Below are positions 10,801-12,349 of a stretch of DNA of 12,349 nt, one piece after another (position 1 is the stretch's first letter; the number at the start of each line of letters is the position of its first letter). The notes under the pieces were generated by a model that saw only the letters and a program-made list of their open reading frames with translations, ran no database searches and was not told the origin of the DNA. The stretch covers positions 1 to 12,349 of the forward strand of contig WJMJ01000127.1 in NCBI GenBank assembly GCA_014728035.1. Direction: 5' to 3'. The translations under genes and the position numbers were made by a program. The DNA comes from Promethearchaeota archaeon (GTDB lineage Archaea; Asgardarchaeota; Thorarchaeia; Thorarchaeales; Thorarchaeaceae).

Positions 10801-12349
10801 TGGAACCACTGCCAACTCTTATTTCTCCAGCGAATTTAGATGCAGTGAGTGGAACAGTAAATTTCACAGCAACTACTTTAGCTGATGATATCGTACAAAT
10901 GGATGTATATTTGATCAATGCAAACTATGTTGAAGAAGGAAAAGGTGGGCCTTCATCAGGATGGTTCCGACAAACTGGTTTAGGTGGTGCTACACAAACA
11001 AAACCTGGCACGTGCGCGCCCACTGCTGCTGCAAATGGATTGGCCGGTCAACAAGACAATAAAATCTATCCTGAGGGTAGAGCGGGAGATGATCAAGCTC
11101 TTGCTGATGAACTAGAAAAAATAATGGGGACTACTGACAAAGGAACCAATGCGTGGAAGAAAAATACTACTGATGGCACCTATGAAACTGATAATATTGG
11201 AGATGGACTGAAATCTTGGCTTGAAAAACGAAAGGTAGGATGCAGTAATGATACAGGGTATGAAGTGAAAACGTACAGAACAAAAGTAAAAGTAACACCA
11301 GGTAAACCTGATCAAGTGGTTCCAGGAAGTAATACAATCACTTTTCAGGCATATAATAATGAACTGAGGAAAAACCAGTCTATTATTCTCTGGGGATCCT
11401 ATTTTGACTGGAATTATAGCACCAATCCACCAACAATTGAACCAAATGGACATGCACATGCTCTCACTGGGAAGGGAGCTAACTCAAAGGAAAGCGACAT
11501 GGGTCCGGGAACTCATGAAATTGATGTTCTTGATACTAATGGACAAACATGTACCACCACCTGGTATCCCATGGGTGACGGCCAGGGAAATACGTATAGT
11601 GCTTTTGAATATCCACCAGGGTCACAGAAATGGTTTGTCATCTTGGGTATGTGGGCAGTCTCGCCGAAAGGGCGAGGAGGTGGCAGCAGTTCTACAGGTG
11701 TCGGGGTTGATCAAGACCCAAGTGATGGCCTTGCAATTAGTGTAGACACCACGAGCCCAACAATGGGGTTAACTGATGGTTTTTACACATTTGTGGTGGA
11801 AACTACAGATGCACAAGGCTTCATTGGATCAGAAACTACAACACTCTTAATTGATAACACCAAACCTGTTTCAACAATCACTCCGCCCTCTGGAGATATA
11901 ACACAATTAACTCCTCTCCTACTTCATGCAGATGATGGACAGGGTGCAGGTGTAGACTCCATACATTATTCAATCTATCATAACGGACTATGGTACCTTG
12001 AAGATCAAAGAGAAAATGATTCAATAGAATTTACTTTACAAGATATAGATATTTATGAAGGTCAAGTAGACATTGAATATTATGCGATGGATGCCGCAGG
12101 AAACATAGAAGAAATAAAAAGCGCTACCTATGTAGTCATACCCGAAGGACCTGCTCCTTGGATTACCCAACCCATGGCCATGGACTTCTTATATGAAGAA
12201 AACTGGACCATTGCTCCAGTGACCGATGACATCATCACCATTAAAGTCAAAAATCTCATTCATGGACAACCCATTATCAACACAACCTTTGCCTATTCCG
12301 ATGATGGAATAACATGGATACCTATTGGATATGATGATACTGAAGCATT
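1863..12349 (+). CDS. Giant secreted multidomain surface protein/adhesin with an embedded cysteine peptidase domain (at least 3495 aa, 3' truncated)
   Basis: Translated by hand from ATG 1863 with no in-frame stop up to the window end. It has an SD, a signal peptide (MNKPYAKYVLVVVILLLLSSIGTAPLLA) and a continuous series of recognisable extracellular domains. Confidence 0.95.
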   Translation, partial: MNKPYAKYVLVVVILLLLSSIGTAPLLAKQKGLTETHQQSNEETDNSDCFCDYQQNEQILKEGNQPLMTSAEDEEPVFGNRYEFNEFTIVDGWANDDFLEYKITCDSNEYGDTIVVHLQTGLAEDLTTIDYHDYINITLVGEYDDGDELQGIQEHYRLNNNNQQDVQGLSDSIYISYVPLELEEIYILLKATDSTPFLTEGTWVEIRDSDEDIQIYQQAGDCSFNDNLDAYQDGKGLGSLGQAWAFADGYHLSYKNFLRYRTDVSMYNYKGFSPLKNTGQRKADIFCGVSWAGTCDVNSVWPTGCGDWGYHIGTGLSTETPLYGNKIACQRLAKDGTSLEEDFMENVAETLLIDVIPELAEELAGEAILPPFAGEIFTILQFTIMMFDTDESVSGSRIIKYEDVPLEPDEYYSLWTKLTLMARAGGTASSYVNFKYSNDPFITESKENKHQKGAWLHNILIYYHPEDAPVIELQKPQEHTLLAKDNSIQFKTRATGGTAPYTIKLEQKTKNQTGHTIATTTLNTWNTIQDGTTLTYYTSTLPVGEHLIVVTVTDSNGAIDSDYEVIEILEPPETPTIEISIPKAHVYDPYLLRWSKENRAVEYEIKESTDGGSTWQSISTQNWNFTPLVQTTFGTYQYQVKAYDKIGQPSPSWSNIVSITIQSKPLSAPLVKNMSSSHGSGQKYGLQWEYLPLTAGYEVEEYQWFNVTSATEDTIERKLIQNISFGPHHEDERIQVYYDTEYNKTFVKFKTINFTHSITEKTTYEYRVAGRKADGTLGNWSRRQTTEIIPPPQSAPRLLHFTNSVAKNVYYSLYWMGRVSDAEWYRIEEDTSTSFNPSSPNYTQRLAGSLAEGVTFYHVPPSTTTYYYRIRAENAGGPGPWSNVVNRTITVNAKPEKPILHASSLVVSSGEPFNLSWNAVNGERGYLLDESKHGPYNFTQNDLWGVGHYSKKIVKTCEDSTEYSYRVRSFSPDGGYGDWSNIVTVLVIGTKAPETPVLYDPGRFSASHQAYDLEWKVTTDNAYIFIEEDTDSSFSNPYRWGSVDSSDTKLSDTHSKITKTESESANYYYRIRVKNGHGYSHWSNIVSMQILVPDCDQLGWSIPVAPPVITTPAPFATINSSQPFWINWTSVLDASFYILEEGEFYGGICQFSGNEVYNGPNTSVQLMRPQSMMNTLCYRVKAGNLCGLTGFDSVLPSIQLTLIPIGGGGGSSGDGEPHDDSGQFGTIIDLFHGSFAGIQRLEEKLTDPQFGHLIENRFDSIDVDGSDGQDQEGEHGFIDRLGTIIRDFNGDNTLDLIKIEAGGIVKVLDETGSTIVELSGIGSPSGVCTGDYDGDEQVDLLVSNYDDDTVVVYDASGTLIDMITTGVQTPQGVAFGDYNNDGVNDVAIAQGSTGTVSIRSVTGAFIRNITQLDHPQAVCIQDYNGDGYQDLLVTCADNSQEVFFGTVDQPGYLYNVTTYDPYNTIINDTARNLPLPWKSQLDMCEVYYEQVLIKLMGSLGTEVGDFNNDGVLELAVVEGPEVLIYDKDGSILQIYAGLPALPRDVALGDLTGNDECNVAITMENNEIIVFDNQGIPVDILTGFEDPRGIDIGDWNGDQQNEFIVAQADRITIETMNTMLEEITGVVNPQGAYIQPGEGGNESIAYAAWLEDWNDNTPHIGIRYQQSPPYQPHTPSPSDETKQVSLHPSLCWTGGDPDDSVLYNIAVGDQFTLETITSDLSETTYPLADLELNTSYYWQITAHDAQGHTISSPLWKFTTRSNTAPDTPHTPLPSNEAITVPVSSEISWSCSDPEDDNLIYDVYLGTHPTMLTQVQSQSSVMNYNPSILEYDTTYYWKVIAQDSFGYTTSSPLWSFTTGQPESIIPVGYWRFNEGTGSTTEDETTYDNQGTLNGATWTPRGDDYALHFDGNADVTVSHNDSIDITEPFTVEAWIKLTGSNPNYAIVDKYQYISGSDERGFTFYVSNGKLRLSVYSEGTQDGAMGTSELRDDTWHHVKAVCTGNQILLYVDGGLEIETSSTLLPLSTTNHLGIGKRLCGWGGYMPFFGDIDNVRLTRINNPPATPSNPTPLHGASEIPVDITLSWVCSDTDYSDQITYNVYFGTSQPLQLYALNHPLTSVNLPTLHYDTTYQWQVIAKDSYGATTPGPLWQFTTEFPTSPPDIVYVDDDYHDGGDNDGHLWGYDAFDSIQTGINAVNASGLVTVLSGLYQEQVTIDKPVTLFGEDKDTVIIDGQNNGNVLISTADHVDLSQLTILNAGTEYSGVVLDGTNNNTLSDLALTGNGNGILLQGSSYTQISDIYAYENSDDGIELYQGSNYNTIENSTFYENGAAVFIYTSQYNIVQYNTIINSTGFGIQLYDGADYNTILQNTITGTTREIDPNEPVYGDAICLFYYSSQPIQGCLIENNELSDNIRGITLRQTQDSTIRNNIIQNSTEIGIKLYGGANNNLLYQNIILYNFIQAEDEGSNQWDNEYPSGGNFWSDYAGFDLFHGADQSEPGSDGIGDTPYNISGGFNQDRYPQMDALFTPNLYITTNLGVFGQSTNASFAYGLNENGQVVGSSGEEYGLQGAFHWENGVLTPLGTLGGLWSRAEAINETGAITGSSHTPLWRVRGFMDDNHLIEPSDELGVLPNGNVSYAHDINNQGYIVGTSYVEPHQWQPPHAFLYHNTTGMNDLGVLTGYNSSVAYAINNNNWVTGTCAITDDYGMHSQGFLWEETMGMIPLETLPGTLNSYANDINDQGQIVGYSHTDTTQQAYLWENSNVIELSNLGGPKIIARAINNHGQIVGSALTSEGAFHAVLWENDEIYDLNSLLLPDTEWELTEAYDINNNGQIIGHGTYQGHVRAFLLDPYSQPQVWITEPMATSYLYEPEWEIAVITEQNITVKAKDIGGSHDIVSTLFEYSDDGQTWYEIGVDTFGGFEGIIHDEYEHTWWGPNNRVGDEGWSVFWNITLLPEGDYYLKATMTDELGTTGENIRPVHIDRVEPLPTLISPANLDAVSGTVNFTATTLADDIVQMDVYLINANYVEEGKGGPSSGWFRQTGLGGATQTKPGTCAPTAAANGLAGQQDNKIYPEGRAGDDQALADELEKIMGTTDKGTNAWKKNTTDGTYETDNIGDGLKSWLEKRKVGCSNDTGYEVKTYRTKVKVTPGKPDQVVPGSNTITFQAYNNELRKNQSIILWGSYFDWNYSTNPPTIEPNGHAHALTGKGANSKESDMGPGTHEIDVLDTNGQTCTTTWYPMGDGQGNTYSAFEYPPGSQKWFVILGMWAVSPKGRGGGSSSTGVGVDQDPSDGLAISVDTTSPTMGLTDGFYTFVVETTDAQGFIGSETTTLLIDNTKPVSTITPPSGDITQLTPLLLHADDGQGAGVDSIHYSIYHNGLWYLEDQRENDSIEFTLQDIDIYEGQVDIEYYAMDAAGNIEEIKSATYVVIPEGPAPWITQPMAMDFLYEENWTIAPVTDDIITIKVKNLIHGQPIINTTFAYSDDGITWIPIGYDDTEA
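3264..3569 (+). other. Ig-like (PKD/Big-type) domain
   Basis: PVIELQKP...IQFKTRATGGTAPY...LPVGEHLIVVTVTDSNGAIDSDYEVIEI. Confidence 0.7.
3573..5474 (+). repeat. Six tandem fibronectin type III domains
   Basis: Recurrent pattern P..P.L...L.W...Y.(I/V)EE...Y.YR(V/I).A...G...WSN(I/V)V, e.g. YQYQVKAY..SWSNIV, YEYRVAG..GNWS, YYYRIRAEN..PWSNVV, YSYRVRS..DWSNIV, YYYRIRVKN..HWSNIV, LCYRVKAGN. Confidence 0.85.
5715..6850 (+). repeat. FG-GAP/VCBS-type Ca-binding beta-propeller repeats (7 clear copies plus degenerate ones)
   Basis: DFNGDNTLD, DYDGDEQVD, DYNNDGVND, DYNGDGYQD, DFNNDGVLE, DLTGNDECN and DWNGDQQNE, mostly spaced about 40 aa apart. Confidence 0.85.
6858..7434 (+). repeat. Two FN3-like domains (a third copy lies at about 8028-8322)
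   Basis: PP..P..P.P......V....L.W...DP..D...Y.V..G...L...T.Y.W.(I/V).A.D..G.....PLW.FTT, seen three times. Confidence 0.8.
7452..8024 (+). other. LamG/concanavalin A-like jelly-roll domain
   Basis: VGYWRFNEGTG, ALHFDG, FTVEAWIK, DDTWHHV, LLYVDG and FFGDIDNVRL. Confidence 0.9.
8337..9420 (+). other. Right-handed parallel beta-helix (NosD/CASH-like)
   Basis: N-cap VYVDDD..AFDSIQTGINAV..VTVLSGLYQEQVTIDKPVTLFGE; Asn-ladder repeats (GI.L..S..NTI..N); C-cap GGNFWSDY..DGIGDTPYNI..QDRYP. Confidence 0.9.
9441..10403 (+). repeat. HAF-family extracellular repeat propeller (7 repeats)
   Basis: Seven copies of LG.L.G..S.A..IN..G.(I/V)VG.S......HAFL(W/Y), ending DLNSLL...WELTEAYDINNNGQIIGHG...RAFLLDP. 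Confidence 0.9.
10410..10800 (+). other. Ig-like domain, first unit of the repeated C-terminal module
   Basis: P.VWITEP...ITVKAKD...FEYSDDGQTW.EIGVD...GWSVFWNIT.LPEGDYYLKATMTDELG. Confidence 0.7.
10962..11669 (+). other. Papain-fold/C39-like cysteine peptidase domain inserted within an Ig domain (host halves about 10806-10920 and 11697-11858)
   Basis: Q-x5-C followed by a helix (QTKPGTCAPTAAANGL; Q 10995, C 11013), then MGT...GT, HALTG.G (H 11457) and IDVLD (D 11532), in the order and spacing expected for clan CA. Confidence 0.7.
11865..12140 (+). other. Ig-like domain
   Basis: PVSTI...L.ADD..GAGVDSIHYSI...EGQVDIEYYAMDAAGNIEE. Confidence 0.7.
12150..12349 (+). repeat. Second copy of the Ig unit at 10410 (truncated by window)
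   Basis: Ungapped alignment from WIT to IG.D gives 30 of 59 identical residues by manual count, offset 1737 nt. Confidence 0.85.

Noticed and set aside
10962-11669. Insert as an intein or a DGR variable region
   Set aside because: It lacks the N-terminal Cys/Ser and C-terminal His-Asn splice motifs. I saw no near-identical adenine-mismatched repeat pair and no reverse transcriptase in the window.
2248-11745. The many short ORFs (60-115 aa) on both strands in the supplied track
   Set aside because: All overlap the giant ORF in other frames or antisense and show no recognisable motifs, so they are shadow ORFs. The same applies to 796-1020 (-).

Overview
The window is almost all + strand and has three parts. 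(1) 1-207 is the 3' end of an IS200/IS605-family element: the C-terminus of a Y1 (HUH) transposase TnpA, followed directly, with no tnpB, by a right end made of a GAAG guide, a hairpin and a TCAC cleavage site. (2) 308-1717 is one secreted-protein gene (signal peptide, unknown domain, PKD-like domain, dockerin) broken by two in-frame TAA codons. The ORF track shows it as two pieces. (3) 1863 to beyond 12349 is one uninterrupted ORF of at least 3495 codons, absent from the ORF track, probably because it has no stop inside the window. By hand translation it encodes a giant secreted protein: signal peptide, Cys-rich unknown head, Ig, 6 FN3, Gly linker, FG-GAP propeller, 2 FN3-like, LamG, FN3-like, NosD/CASH beta-helix, 7-repeat HAF propeller, then Ig domains. 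One of these Ig domains is split by an inserted papain-fold/C39-like cysteine peptidase, and the Ig module starts again 579 aa later at the window edge. Domain styles and the TATA/oligo-T signals suggest an archaeon, probably Thermoplasmatota (inference). All domain calls are by-eye motif recognition; no database was searched.
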